Below, one piece after another: positions 13,037-24,500 of a DNA stretch of 64,000 nt; the first letter of the stretch is position 1, and each line of letters opens with the position of its first letter. A program made the translations under genes and the position numbers. The notes beneath the pieces are model-generated. The model had not been told where the DNA came from, ran no database searches, and saw only the letters and a list, made by a program, of their open reading frames with translations. This stretch comes from Takakia lepidozioides (Eukaryota; Plantae; Bryophyta): positions 7,626,001 through 7,690,000 of the forward strand of contig CM060732.1 of NCBI GenBank assembly GCA_030704615.1. Direction: 5' to 3'.

Positions 13037-13840
13037 TTATCTGATCAGTGTACTTGGTGGTTTTTGTATACACCATCTACTCTTCTCCTTTCCTGTTTCA
13101 CCTTCTCATTCTGATGTACTGACAATATTTTTTGAGGAGCCTTGCAGGCAGATAGGCAGCAAACACATTCCAAACTGGAATGATGAACTGAAAGCCTTGG
13201 GGTATGAATCCCCCTTGGCCAGGTATGATCTTCTCCAGCAATAGTATGGTTGATTGATTGGGTATGAAAAGTAAGGCATCCTTTGATGATACCTGAAATA
13301 AGCATAGAGCATCTAAAGGACTTCTGAATGCCGATATTATGAGCTAAGCCCTGGTAAGACAACTTACGGGAATATGTGTACACCTTATACATGATCCGGT
13401 CAATGCACACTACTTTTGTTAGCTAGTCTCTTGTAGCCGATGCCTTATATCAGAATCAGATACCTTATGATTGAGTGACTACCAAGTCCTTTGATCAAGT
13501 GCTTCTATACTTCTCTTAGATATGGCTTCGCTCCTTGTGGCACCATAAAAAAATACCCAACTCTAATCTGTTGCTAGAAGATGTTTTGTCTATATCACAG
13601 GCCTGGTACTACAGACCTGAGCTGCTGCTGTATCTTGACAAGGTTCCTTGAACGAGGTTCCTTCCCTAGCCTGTTCCTCCCTGTGCGAGAGCTTATTTGA
13701 GAAACTGAAAGGTATTTTCTAAAAACTTGTACCTATCCAGAGCTAAGTATACCACTGAACTCTCTGTTCTTTTCTCGTTATACTATACCAGTCTTGCTAT
13801 GATACACTTTATGCCAATGTTTCATTCATGACCGGAGGAA

Positions 13841-14031
13841 GAGAGGATGTAGGATTCTACTCCCTTGGATAATATAATCTAAGGATAGAACTACATGGAA
13901 GAGGGGAAACCTTATGAGAAGGGGTCTGGTATGCACTCCCTTACGGGGTGAGTGCATACCACACTCCATCCGTAAGGTTCTGCCATGCCAGGGGATTGGC
14001 TGGTGGGTCCCTCTCTCTCTCTCTCTCTCTC
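13841..14031 (+). ncRNA. Structured RNA module homologous to the Penelope-like element 3' UTR, followed by (CT)n
   Basis: Stem TGGTATGCACTC(13927-13938)/GAGTGCATACCA(13950-13961) and flanking hairpins match the reverse complement of 18462-18630; (CT)10 at 14011-14030. Confidence 0.65.
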
Positions 14032-14097
14032 CCTCTCCCTCTATAACTCTTTGGATTTCATCTGGCCTTAACCTTTTTAATTCTGGTTATTTGGTTG

Positions 14098-14482
14098 TTC
14101 ATCCCAATTCCCTTTTCATCCAAAACTGGATGAATTTTTTGAAGGATGATGACGCTTACTCTGCATTTTTTGGTTTTTCATCCTAATCTCCTTTCTCATC
14201 CAAATCTGGATGAAATTATTAGGATGATGACCCTTACTGTGCATAAATCTTGGTTTATCATTTGTTTTCTTTTTTTTCATCCAAACGGGATGAATTCCAT
14301 GAATGATGGTGACCTATTTTAATCCAGGAGAGAGTAATTTTACCATCATTTATTATAAATGATGGCAGTTATTAAACTTGAGCCTATACCCTAACCCTAA
14401 AAGTTACCTTTTTAATGGATGTCATCCATTGACAAGTGCATCTCCTGCTAGAATGCGACTTTTCATCCCCCCTGGATGAAAA
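14098..14482. repeat. Degenerate ~80-bp repeats carrying TTCATCC-N6-7-GGATGAA hairpins
   Basis: Palindromic motif near 14116, 14196, 14277 and 14462. Confidence 0.6.
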
Positions 14483-15201
14483 ATCGGGGATCTGTGCCCT
14501 AAGCAGGTCGACACCTTTCACAGCACAGAGCTCGTGCTTCAGGGATCCTTGATGATGCGTCGTGTAAATCTGCTCCCCAACTGCTGCATGGTACCCGTGA
14601 TGGCTGGCTCTTGGGATGCGCATTGGCGGTTATGCAGATTCTTCTCTGGCAGGTGACAAAGCGATGATTGTTTTGCTCCGACCCTCATGGTTCTTTTTAA
14701 TTGCAGCGGCGCTTTTACTCCTCGTTGGGAAGTACTCTACCCCTATTTATCTACAGGTTACATATGGCTCTTTCACTTTGTATGAGCTCTTCTCTATCTA
14801 TGAACCCTTCTGCTGTGATTGTGTTCTGTTGGAGACGATCTGTTGGACGCCATGGCGCAGGGCATACCGCAAACACTCAAGATCTTTTGAGGTTACCCTT
14901 GCTTGAATTGTGATCTGTACATGCTTTAGAATTCAGCACTGACATGGATAGCAACTGTGAAGACCTGCCACTCACCTGATGCATCCTCACTAACACACAT
15001 CTTTATGTGGTGGTTTTTGGGATGGGCACAGGTGAGGGTCTTCACTTGTCTTGAATTCTTGAAGCTTGCAGAGTCTGATTCTTGCATAAGGGATTGCTGC
15101 TACCGCCTGAAGCTGCTGATGCCAGTTGCTGTTTCAAATCTGCCACCTTGCTGCCTCAAAACGGCTTCAAGTCGGCTGTAATGAGGATCACCTTCTTACT
15201 C

Positions 15202-16466
15202 CTTACCCTTGCTTTTGGTTCTTGATGGTTCTGATGTTTTGGAGTTAAGACACACAAGGGACTTCATAGAAAACAAAATCTCTACTGAAGGCTCTGGTTG
15301 TTTTCAACACAGGTATAGGGCTGCAGCTATAACTCTGGCCGCATGGAAACTAGGCTCTGAAATGAAACATCATGGCCTGGCTCGGAAGATAGACCTTGTC
15401 TGATAGCAAACATTCTTCAAGGCTCTCATATCACCGTGATTTCATTGCATGATAGGGGACAGAGGTTTCTGAGTTCCTTTCTTTAACTGGCAGAGCTTTT
15501 TATGAGGCTTGTCATTCATTTGCAATGCTATTGTACCTTCAGGCTGGCTGTTTTTTTAGGAAGGCGACTTATTCAAAAACTGGATTCTAAAACAATAACC
15601 TTTCGACAAGTAGCCTAGCATGACAGTTTTAAATACTCTTTCATGGCCTAAACCTGGTCATGATACACCTTGCTAGGTGTAGAGATATTCGTACTTAGAT
15701 AAAACTAAGCAAGAAAGACACTTGTTGCTTGAAGGGCTTGGTTCTGGAGATTATCTCCATACCTGCAAATCTGGTTTCTGAAATGAAGGTACAATCTGCA
15801 AGTATAGGGGAATTTTTTATTAAACCATGGTGCTTTCATGATATGATTGACCTGGAATTCTGAGTTATTCATTTTTTACCCTGGCAGAGCTGTTTATGAG
15901 GCCCCGGAATACCAATCCAGGCTTGCATATGCCTGAAAAAACTCAGCCCCGTTTCTACTATATGAATCTTGCATGTGTCTTGGCACTGATAGAGGTTTCA
16001 AGCCAACACAGGATGCCTTTTTAGGAAGATGAATGGCTCAAGAACTAGATTATGTAAGGCTTGACCCATGTCAACAAAAAATGAGGAATCATTATGTCAA
16101 CAGGCAAATGCTTAAGACATGTATGGCTTGTTGTTTCAATTGCAATTTAAAGTACAATGTGCTTGGCTCTCAAGATTTATCTCCAGACCTGCAATCTGGT
16201 TTTTGAAATGATGTTACAATCGGCAAGTATGGTGGTGATCGTTGTATGTCAAACTATGGTGCTTTCATAATATGATTGACCAAGAATCCCACCCTCCCAC
16301 CCTGTTTTTTTCAGATACCCTGAAATGTAATGGGATATTCAAATGAGATGGTAAACATGGAAGTGGTTGTTAGATGGTGCCCCGTAAAGGGCTGCATTGT
16401 CTTTCAATGACAATGACCTTAGTGGTCTTGTCCATGTCTTGACATGACATGTATATCTTCCCTCTC
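15202..16466 (+). repeat. Copy 2 of a ~1.27 kb direct duplication
   Basis: Near-identical to 11765-13036; ends in (CT)n. Confidence 0.93.
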
Positions 16467-16592
16467 TCTCTCTCTCTCTCTCTCTGTCTTTTGTCACTCC
16501 CCCAAGAAAAAAAATGCAGAGAGGGAGAGAGGGGGCAGAAGACAGGGGGCAGAAGAGAGAGAGAGAGAGAGGCGGAGAGAGGGGAGAGAGAC
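16462..16592. repeat. (CT)n followed by (GA)n-rich microsatellite
   Basis: Direct reading. Confidence 0.9.
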
Positions 16593-18742
16593 AGGGCTTG
16601 TCTTGACAAGTATATTCAAGGACCAGTCTTCTCCAGATCTGGTCTTTGCAATTTTAGGACAAAAAACAACTTTGAAAAAGCACTATCACTAGTTTTATCA
16701 GTGCTGTGATTTCATTATGACCAAATCTTTGTCAACAATCATGTTCAGTTCTTTCTAAGAGCTTAACATCCTCCTTAATCCACGCCCATGAGAGATGGGT
16801 GGGTGGGTGGGATGTTTTATCAATTATAACACAGATCAAACATTCTTATGTACATCAGCCTTTTTATTAGTTTGCTTTCCTGCTAGGTATTTTGCCATAC
16901 CCATTCTAAGAGTCTAACACCCCCCTTACTTCCCAAAAGAGGGTGGGTGGGTGGTTGTTTGGGCACTTAGAATGTCACTCAGGGCAGATTCCTAAAAAAT
17001 GTATTAGATACAAAGGTCTCTGGCAACTTATAAAGTTACCATCTATCCTAGGAATCTGAAAAAACAGCAGCATACATCAGATAAAATGGCCAAAGGTAGC
17101 TTATCTCCAGTAAAGCTACACTTCTTCAAGAATCTGAAAAGCAGCAACCTCCATGAACTTTCAATTCATTGCTGCTGGAGGTTAGACAAAAACATGTGTT
17201 GCATGCATTTTAAAAGCGGTAATCAACTTAGAATGTAAATCAGAGCAGCTTCCTAACCCTTGTACATCTTTGCAAAGGTAGGATCAGGCTATCTGAAGTC
17301 CAAAGCAATCTCAGCTTTTACCCTCCTCTGACATGTAGAACAGCAAGGTGATTGTTGCTACACCTTACAGTGCTATCTCTACAGTGTGTCAGCCATTTCA
17401 AAATTGTTGCAAACTTTTTGCCATAGACAGACTATTAGGTATCGTGCTTTCTCATTTCTAAGAGCCTAGAACCAAGAACCACCCATAAGGCACCCAAAGA
17501 TGGTAGGCGGGTTGATTTTTTGGCGCTTAGCATGTTCCTCAAAGCAGTTTCCTAATACCTGTCCTGTACTAAGAAAAATACAGCAGCCACAGTGCCAAGC
17601 TATCTGCATTCAACAGGGCTACTAGCTGACAGTAAAATCTGAGATATCAAGCAATGACATGACAGTAGTTACGGAGACATTATACTGTCTGAGAACAGCA
17701 GCTCATATCCTCTGTCATTCAGGTCTGAAGTATTGAGCATGCAAAACACTAGAACCAGGCCTGGGTTTCTACTTCCCTTAAAAAGCCTTTCAATCCAAAG
17801 CCTGCCCTCACATGGTGGGCTCGAGTCACCCTTGCTTCCTGCAACATGTGGCAGCATCCTTCCTTTCCTCATCTTTGTATAGAGTAGCTTAACGTATCAT
17901 GAAAATCACAGCACCCTTACCTATGCCCGTCCCAAGAACCCACCACAAAGGTGCCAGTTAGTGAGGATGCATCAGGTATCATGTGCGTGCTTGCTATCGC
18001 TGTCAAACATGCTATGGAAAGCAAACAAAGATGTGTGCAACCACTACAATCTTTAAGACTTGTGGAAGCAACGCAGCTTGAGCCATTTGATCCCACTCGC
18101 GATACGCAGCAGAAAAAAACAGGTAATGCGAGTAAGGGAGAGAAATTGCTCCTGTTATAGCCATGGCAATCATCTTAGGTTTTCTAGGAGTAAATGCTGC
18201 TGGCAGGAATGAGGAGCGCCAAGGTGTAATTCGCCGTCTTCTATAATCAAAACACCATGCAGGTGTCTCCTCCCGCAGTTCCCAAAGAGCTGCATTGCTG
18301 TGAGATGATGCCTGGAACCCTAAAATCTAGAAGGTTGCTTGTGGGCATGGATGGATGCTTAATTTGCATCCAGATTCCATTCGTCCTTTCAGATTTAATA
18401 TATCAGTTAATCGCAGAATTTGAATGAAAATTCCCCAGGATTTAGAGAGAGAGAGAGAGAGCCCACCATCCAACCCCTGGTATGGTAGCTCCCTTTGCAG
18501 GGTGAGTGTGGTATGCACTCACCCCGAAAGGGAGTGCATACCAGACTCAATCACTGCATAAAATCAACTCTCTTCCCTACTATGTAGCTTGAACTTTTGT
18601 ATATAGTTCAAATGACCCTACATTCTCTCAAATACCTGTTATGATTTTAGTTCAGGAGTTACCTTCTAGTGTTTTAGTCAACTCCTCAATCTCATAGAAC
18701 AGGTCCGGGAAGGAATTTCCAGTAAGGAATCTGATCATAAGG

Positions 18743-21100
18743 TTAAAAGATCTTATATGGGTTAAAGCCATTCTTTACCAAGGCTTTACCTAAGATCTTT
18801 AATTCTTCCAGGGCAAAAAAGAAGTTACTGGAAAGGTACAAAATCGGAAGTGCTTGAGAACAGACCACATTGTATGACTGCTTTACAGGTATGTTTGAAA
18901 AGCATTGAATATACTGTGTATAAGGGCAAGGAAGTTTCCTTCTCTTGTCAAATTTCTTGAAAGAGAATTCCCCAGTGACATGATTAGTAATTGACAAGTG
19001 GAGGTTCATGAAACATACCTCACTGCCAAGCTCAGAGTCATGTGGGGCTGTATGGATGATATCAGGTTGAATTTCCACAACATTCAAGGGGTAAATCCAC
19101 CATGGATTTTCCATATCCCTTGTGGATGAAGGATCCAGAAACTGGCATGCCCTTCCGACATTGACCCAGCATAGATCGTCAATATAACGAAAAACATAAC
19201 GGAATCTGGCCATCAAAGCCGTTTGTCCAAGTTTCGCTAATCTTTGGATAAACTTGATTTCATAAGAGAGGAAGTAGATATTACACCATAGTGGAGAGCA
19301 TGAAAATCCCATTGGGATACCAGAAATCTGCTTCCACACTCTGTCACCCAGACAGATGTAGCAATGGTGCATAAGCCAAAGGTGCAGATTGACTAACCTT
19401 TGTTCAGAAGGTCTTATCCGAGTTCCTCCTTTAGGTGCAGCAGGCCCCCATCTTGCATTTCCAAAAGTATTCTTTGCTGGGTTGTATTTAACCCACAGTA
19501 GGTGTGAACTCCTCGTATGTTGTGTGTGGTATTGCTGAAAGGCAATTTTAACCACAAACTGTAGGGCATCCCCAAGATTGTCTTCTCCTGAAAGTGGGAT
19601 ATTCTCATAACACCTCGTGATATCAGCGACAAAAATGTCATGAATCCTCTCAGGTAAGTTCAAGGTGAAGTCCATGATTGAGTCAATGATCCAGTACATA
19701 GATGTGGCAACTTTCATGAGTCTACCATATGTATCAGTTCTGGTTTTGACCCACATTTTGATCAGGAGTAACACTTGTAAAAAAGCTTGAGTAAGCAACT
19801 GATCCAGCAAACTGAAAATGCTATTATGGGCATTCGCAATCCATCTGTACTTTTTCTTATGGAGCTTGTATGTACCCATAAGGTATGGTAGCTTTTGAGA
19901 TTGTACAGGGATTTCAGGGAGAATCTCTTGCAGCTGCAATAGCAAGTCATTGATCACCAAGGAAGGTGGAGACCATACCTGCCCTGTTACGCATGGTAGA
20001 AAGTCTTTTCTCATCAATCTTTGGTAGGCCTGCAATCTGATGTGCCTTATGCATAGAAAGCACACATTATTGTTGGCTTTATCTAGCCCAGAAATGAAAA
20101 GATGTGACTGGATCCACGTCAGTTCATCCTTGACATTTGATTGAGCTAAAGGGTTACCTTCATCTCTTTTGAAACAGGAGTGTTTATGTCCAGCCCGTTG
20201 TTTGAGGGTCATCCAACAGTTATCCTTTATCCGCTGCATAGCCACTTGTTTCCAAGAAGCTTGTGGATCCACTCTCAGGAGATCACAACAGTCATCAAAA
20301 GCAGTTGACACCACTGTAACTACCTCCTTCAAAACTGTTTTCCTTAAGGGAATGTGGTTCAAACCTTGCTGCATCATGGCTTTCAGCCTAGGATGTCTGA
20401 TCAGATTTAAATCCATAGATCTGACATGAGAAACATGTTTAGTTCCCTGCAAATGGAATTCCAGAGCCGTTTCTATATCCAAAAAAATTCTGAATCTGGG
20501 TAGTCGTTGACATGCACACTCAGAGACTGAAAAAACTTCCTTATCAAAGAAAAAATCCCTAAACACAGTAGCAGGTCTATAGAGCTCTGAACCACAATGT
20601 TCATGATATTTCCAGCCAAAGATCAAGTCATCTACTTTGGAACTTAACTCAGTTTGTTCCACAAAATCCGAGGCATCTTTGATTAGTTTTTTTGTATTCA
20701 CCCATTCCATAGCCCTGTTAGGGTAGAGCATATGGATGTATCCAGCCGGGGCAGGGCCCTCAGTCACTTTCAGGAATTTCCTTCCATGGCCATGGGTTTC
20801 CACTGTTCTTGTTTTTTCCTCAACTTCAGGTACAACATCTGCAAGAAAGTCCAGAACACATACCATGTGGTGGTTAGATTCCTCCCCAATTTGCAAAGTC
20901 ACGTCGCTTAATGGGAGAAGCAACTTGGATCCGTGAATTGACATGGTTAGATGATGAGCTCCCAATGTTAACAGTAGGGCCTGATGCCTCCGTGGAGCTG
21001 GAAGGAGTTCTTGGAGAGGGTAATCTGCCAAAATACGATCCCATCCCTCTGCCTCTTTGTCCTCTTCCTGCAGGAGGCGTTCCTCTTCATCTGGTAGCAC
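18743..21100 (-). CDS. Penelope-like reverse transcriptase (open 785-aa frame)
   Basis: CxC linker (SECACQ...HVRSMDLNLIRHPRLKAMMQQGLNHIP), DKANNN, KLHK..YRWI, ADITRCYENIP, QISGIPMGFSCSPLWCNIYFLSYE, FRYIDD, and a thumb ending L.KNGF. Confidence 0.88.
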   Translation of the reverse strand: MLPDEEERLLQEEDKEAEGWDRILADYPLQELLPAPRRHQALLLTLGAHHLTMSIHGSKLLLPLSDVTLQIGEESNHHMVCVLDFLADVVPEVEEKTRTVETHGHGRKFLKVTEGPAPAGYIHMLYPNRAMEWVNTKKLIKDASDFVEQTELSSKVDDLIFGWKYHEHCGSELYRPATVFRDFFFDKEVFSVSECACQRLPRFRIFLDIETALEFHLQGTKHVSHVRSMDLNLIRHPRLKAMMQQGLNHIPLRKTVLKEVVTVVSTAFDDCCDLLRVDPQASWKQVAMQRIKDNCWMTLKQRAGHKHSCFKRDEGNPLAQSNVKDELTWIQSHLFISGLDKANNNVCFLCIRHIRLQAYQRLMRKDFLPCVTGQVWSPPSLVINDLLLQLQEILPEIPVQSQKLPYLMGTYKLHKKKYRWIANAHNSIFSLLDQLLTQAFLQVLLLIKMWVKTRTDTYGRLMKVATSMYWIIDSIMDFTLNLPERIHDIFVADITRCYENIPLSGEDNLGDALQFVVKIAFQQYHTQHTRSSHLLWVKYNPAKNTFGNARWGPAAPKGGTRIRPSEQRLVNLHLWLMHHCYICLGDRVWKQISGIPMGFSCSPLWCNIYFLSYEIKFIQRLAKLGQTALMARFRYVFRYIDDLCWVNVGRACQFLDPSSTRDMENPWWIYPLNVVEIQPDIIHTAPHDSELGSEVCFMNLHLSITNHVTGEFSFKKFDKRRKLPCPYTQYIQCFSNIPVKQSYNVVCSQALPILYLSSNFFFALEELKILGKALVKNGFNPYKIF

Positions 21101-22325
21101 CTCTTCCTCTAGTTCCTCCTGAAGATGATCTAGAGTTGGGATTCTCTTGTCTCTGTCTTTTAGCCGGTAACTTGGGAAGGCTATCAGTGAAGCTCCCTGG
21201 TTTAATCAGCTTCTCAATATACCTGGGTCCTTTTGCATCCCCCAAGTCAGCCAATAATTTAGCTTGAGGGTTGTCAGCATATTCCTTTACAGCCCTCATC
21301 ATCATTTCTCTGGTAAACAGAAATGTGATTTGAGCCATAATAGCAGGTCTGGCCACCTTTAGAAGCCAGAACATAAAGCTCTGAAACTTCCCTTTCATGG
21401 AAGGATACTGCTGGTCAGGAAGTAACACACCCAGGTGGTTCAGCATATACCAAATCACTTGATCGAACCATGCCACACTGCCTTGACATCCACTTTTGGC
21501 CCGAGGGTTGCAATTGCAACGAAAATAAGGCCTGTGCCAATTGAATAACTGACTCTTATGATTTTTGGACCTAATCATGCCAGTAGGCATCTCATTCTTG
21601 GTCCTGATCGAAATCCCATCAGCATTCTCACAATGTTTATGGTAGAAGGTCCTCATAGGCCATGCTACAGCAAGGTTAATCTTTTTCAGGTGTTGTATCC
21701 CAAGCACAGCATCATCCTCACATTTCTTGTATTCAGCGTAAATAAGGTTACCCCACTTACTCCACATTTATGCTGAAATCGGAGCTAGTAGATTGAGGTT
21801 GGACTGTGAGTGCCACATCATGTGGTCTTTCTGTGCCAGATCCAACTCCACAGCCCTTGGTGGGCATCCAGGTACAAATGGCAGAAAGCCAGGAGTAGCC
21901 CCTGCAATGGTACTTTGTTCCATCTGAGATTGATCAATCTGGTCACAGAACTCCAGAAATCCAGATTGGTCAGCATCATCAAGCGTGTCCACTCCTAAAA
22001 AGGTCAAGTTGGGGTCAGTGGTGTCTGTTTCAATGACCTTACCACCGATAGAGGACTGAGATAGTCCTTCATCATCATCTTCTGGGTTAGCAGCTCTCAC
22101 AGCGGTTTCTAACTTCACAGCCGTCAATTTCCAAGAGTCTTCATCCTCTTGATCTGTTCTCAAGGTCTCAGCCAGATCTCTGTGGTAATTTTGGATCCTT
22201 TGCAGATAGTTTCCATTCTTGTAGGCACATAAAGCAAGAATCATCCAATCTTCCAAAGCCAGGGTATCCAATAACAGGGTAGGATTCTCACCCGTGTTTT
22301 GACCTTCCACAATGGCATCAGTCAC
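21087..22325 (-). pseudogene. ORF1 of the Penelope-like element (~412 codons, one in-frame TAA)
   Basis: ORFs 21768-22325 and 21087-21767 abut in the same frame; acidic N-half, Cys/His-containing middle, basic RGRG tail overlapping the RT frame. Confidence 0.6.
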
Positions 22326-22450
22326 CCCTCTCGTGCCCTTTCCATCTACACTCTTCGCCCCTTTTCCCTGTCTCTGTTCTTCTTATGCTCGAACCTGAGA
22401 GGGATGGAGTGCGTGCACCAGAGAGGAGACATCGTCGCAAGCTGTGAAAA

Positions 22451-24500
22451 TTGTACTTCGGACGTAGGCCAATGCCGAAGGGGAGGAAGCAGATGCGTCT
22501 ACAGGAGGAGATTGCCAACTCGCAGCATCAGGCCACGCAGGCAACCCAGCCACCAGTGAGAGCTCCGTGCTATCCGGATTCGCCAGCTGATCGAGCACCG
22601 AAAACCCCCTCATTTTTCTTCTGCAATTCTTAGACTGTATGCTAGGAGACTTGAATGCAGAAAATGTTTGCATGCCTAACCGGAAAGGTGGACGTGCTGG
22701 AGGGATCGCAAGAATCCGAAGAGCCGCAGGCAGAGTCCGTGGAGCTAGCTGCAGCACGCACACCCAGCCGATCCACGAGCACGGGTCTTCCTGTCGGGCC
22801 TAGCCCTGTGCGTTTCAAGGACGCGGCTTCGAAGGGCAAGTCTTTGCAGTTCAAAGCCCCAGAGAGCGACTCGCGTTCAAAGGTCATGGAGAATCGCCAG
22901 CAGGGGTCTAGCCCTTCTCCAGCAAAGACGAAGAAGAAGCAGCACGTCGTTCAACTTGTTTCTGAACCGGACCAGGCCGTTTCCTCCCCACCCAGGCGAA
23001 TGAAACAGATTCAATTGCAGCAGACACCTTCACCTGCAAGAATGAGGAAGCAGAAGGCAATCAGGGGGAGGGCGGAGTAGTCTCCCGCAAAACCGATTCC
23101 ACGAGCTGAAGCCCAGTTCCTGCTTGATTTCCAGCCTGGTGATGTTGGGGGCGTCTCTGCTGCAGCGAAGGCAATGGGATCGACCGATTTCGTCGATCTG
23201 GTAGCGGAGGAGGGTGTTGCCGCTCAACGTTCGCAGCAAGACCTGACCACCGTTGAGGAAGATCTTCATAATACTGCAGGCCCGGAGGAGGCCTCTGCAA
23301 TTGCAAACTTGCCCGCAAAGATTCCCTAAAGTGCAGCTCCAGTTGGGGATGCTCCAGCTGCTCAGCCCCTACCGCCACCAGCAGAAATGTTTCTGGAGGA
23401 ATTCCAAAGTGCAGCGGATACAATGTTGGAGGAGACACACAGTAGCATTGGCAGAGTTCTTGGCAGCAGGGTATTCCAGCGGACTCTTCGAATCCCACTT
23501 TGTCGCATGGTCTCCCTTCCCATCGTCAGGCAGACACTTCCCGGAGATGTGGATAAGCTCAAGTTCGCATTTCGAGAAGGGTACCGTCTAGGTTCGCCAG
23601 CCTTCTACGTTTCCCTTGAGAATGAGGACGGCGAATCTCGTGGACCCACTACGGATGAATTGTCAACATGGGATACCCACTGGCACACTCGCAACGACGA
23701 ATTCAAGGCAACGCTGAAGGGTGATCCAGACTTCGGCCATATGTCGGGTAAAATGTTCTTTGTGTGGGACGAGAATCACCGACTTCTTGCCTGGTGGGAG
23801 TACATCAAGCAGAACCATGCCAAGCACATTGGCTGGCATTACATGGTGGAGTGTGTCATCCTCAAGGTGAAGGCGGCAGACTCCTCCCTGCTCAAGAATG
23901 CCATGGCGGACCTCAACTCGTAAGATACTCATACCCTCCCAAGCACGTTCGAAATGCGGTGCCGCATTTCGGTTTCCAATTTGTTTTGTTTCCGTGCTTT
24001 CGTGAACTGGAGAGTGTGCCTTGCAGGGTCACTGAAAATGCGTACGTGCATACCCACATGGCACATATGCTGTACAGGGTGAGGAAAACTGGTCACTGAT
24101 CCGCACATGTTTGCGGAAATGCTGGAGCTCGAGCTCATTCAGAAAGCCGTGGCAAAAACTGACCGGACATGGTATCGTCTCACTATGGATGGAATGGTGG
24201 AGGTGATATACGAAGTAAGTCGTCCTCCCATTTCCCTCTGCTCATCCTTCCCCAATTTTCAGTAATTTTTCCACATGAATCGAATGTAACGCTTCTGCAT
24301 GTTTTTGTTGGCAGTCAAACATCAAGCTGGATTTGGCCCATGCCAAACGCTTCTTCATGGAAAGTGAGGGGCAGGTCAAAACGTTGCAGTCATTGACTGA
24401 GCACTTGAAGGAAGCCGGGGTCAAGTCCAGAACGAAATATAAATCAAAGCTTCTGAAGCTGGTGGCCATTGCAGATCCGGCACTTGAAAGGACTTCATCC
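22451..24500 (+). pseudogene. Spliced ParB/Sulfiredoxin-like domain protein
   Basis: One frame over 22451-23919 with several stops. RIPLCRMVSLPIVRQTLPGDVDKLKFAFREG and MFFVWDENHRLLAW match the ParB-N pattern (DGxHRxxA, here G>E). GT-AG introns at 23920-24026 and 24215-24314. Confidence 0.65.

Larger units (their letters stand above)
18444..22330 (-). mobile_element. Penelope-like retroelement (Naiad/Chlamys-type RT), two ORFs, no recognisable GIY-YIG endonuclease
   Basis: ORF1 plus RT ORF, structured 3' UTR and (CT)9 terminus ((AG)9 at 18444-18461). The 5' boundary is uncertain. Confidence 0.8.

Noticed and set aside
14388-14401. Telomere-like CCCTAACCCTAAA
   Set aside because: Only two units; not evidence of a telomere or of telomeric PLE targeting.
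13045-18400. Host protein-coding gene among the short ORFs
   Set aside because: No recognisable domains; CpG-poor, repeat-derived sequence.
18743-21100. Telomerase RT, group II intron RT or LINE RT
   Set aside because: No TERT T/CP motifs, no YADD/domain X, no APE or RLE endonuclease; the motifs fit PLE RTs.
18444-22450. Hammerhead ribozyme in the Penelope-like element
   Set aside because: No CTGAnGA...GAAA core with supporting stems found by eye.
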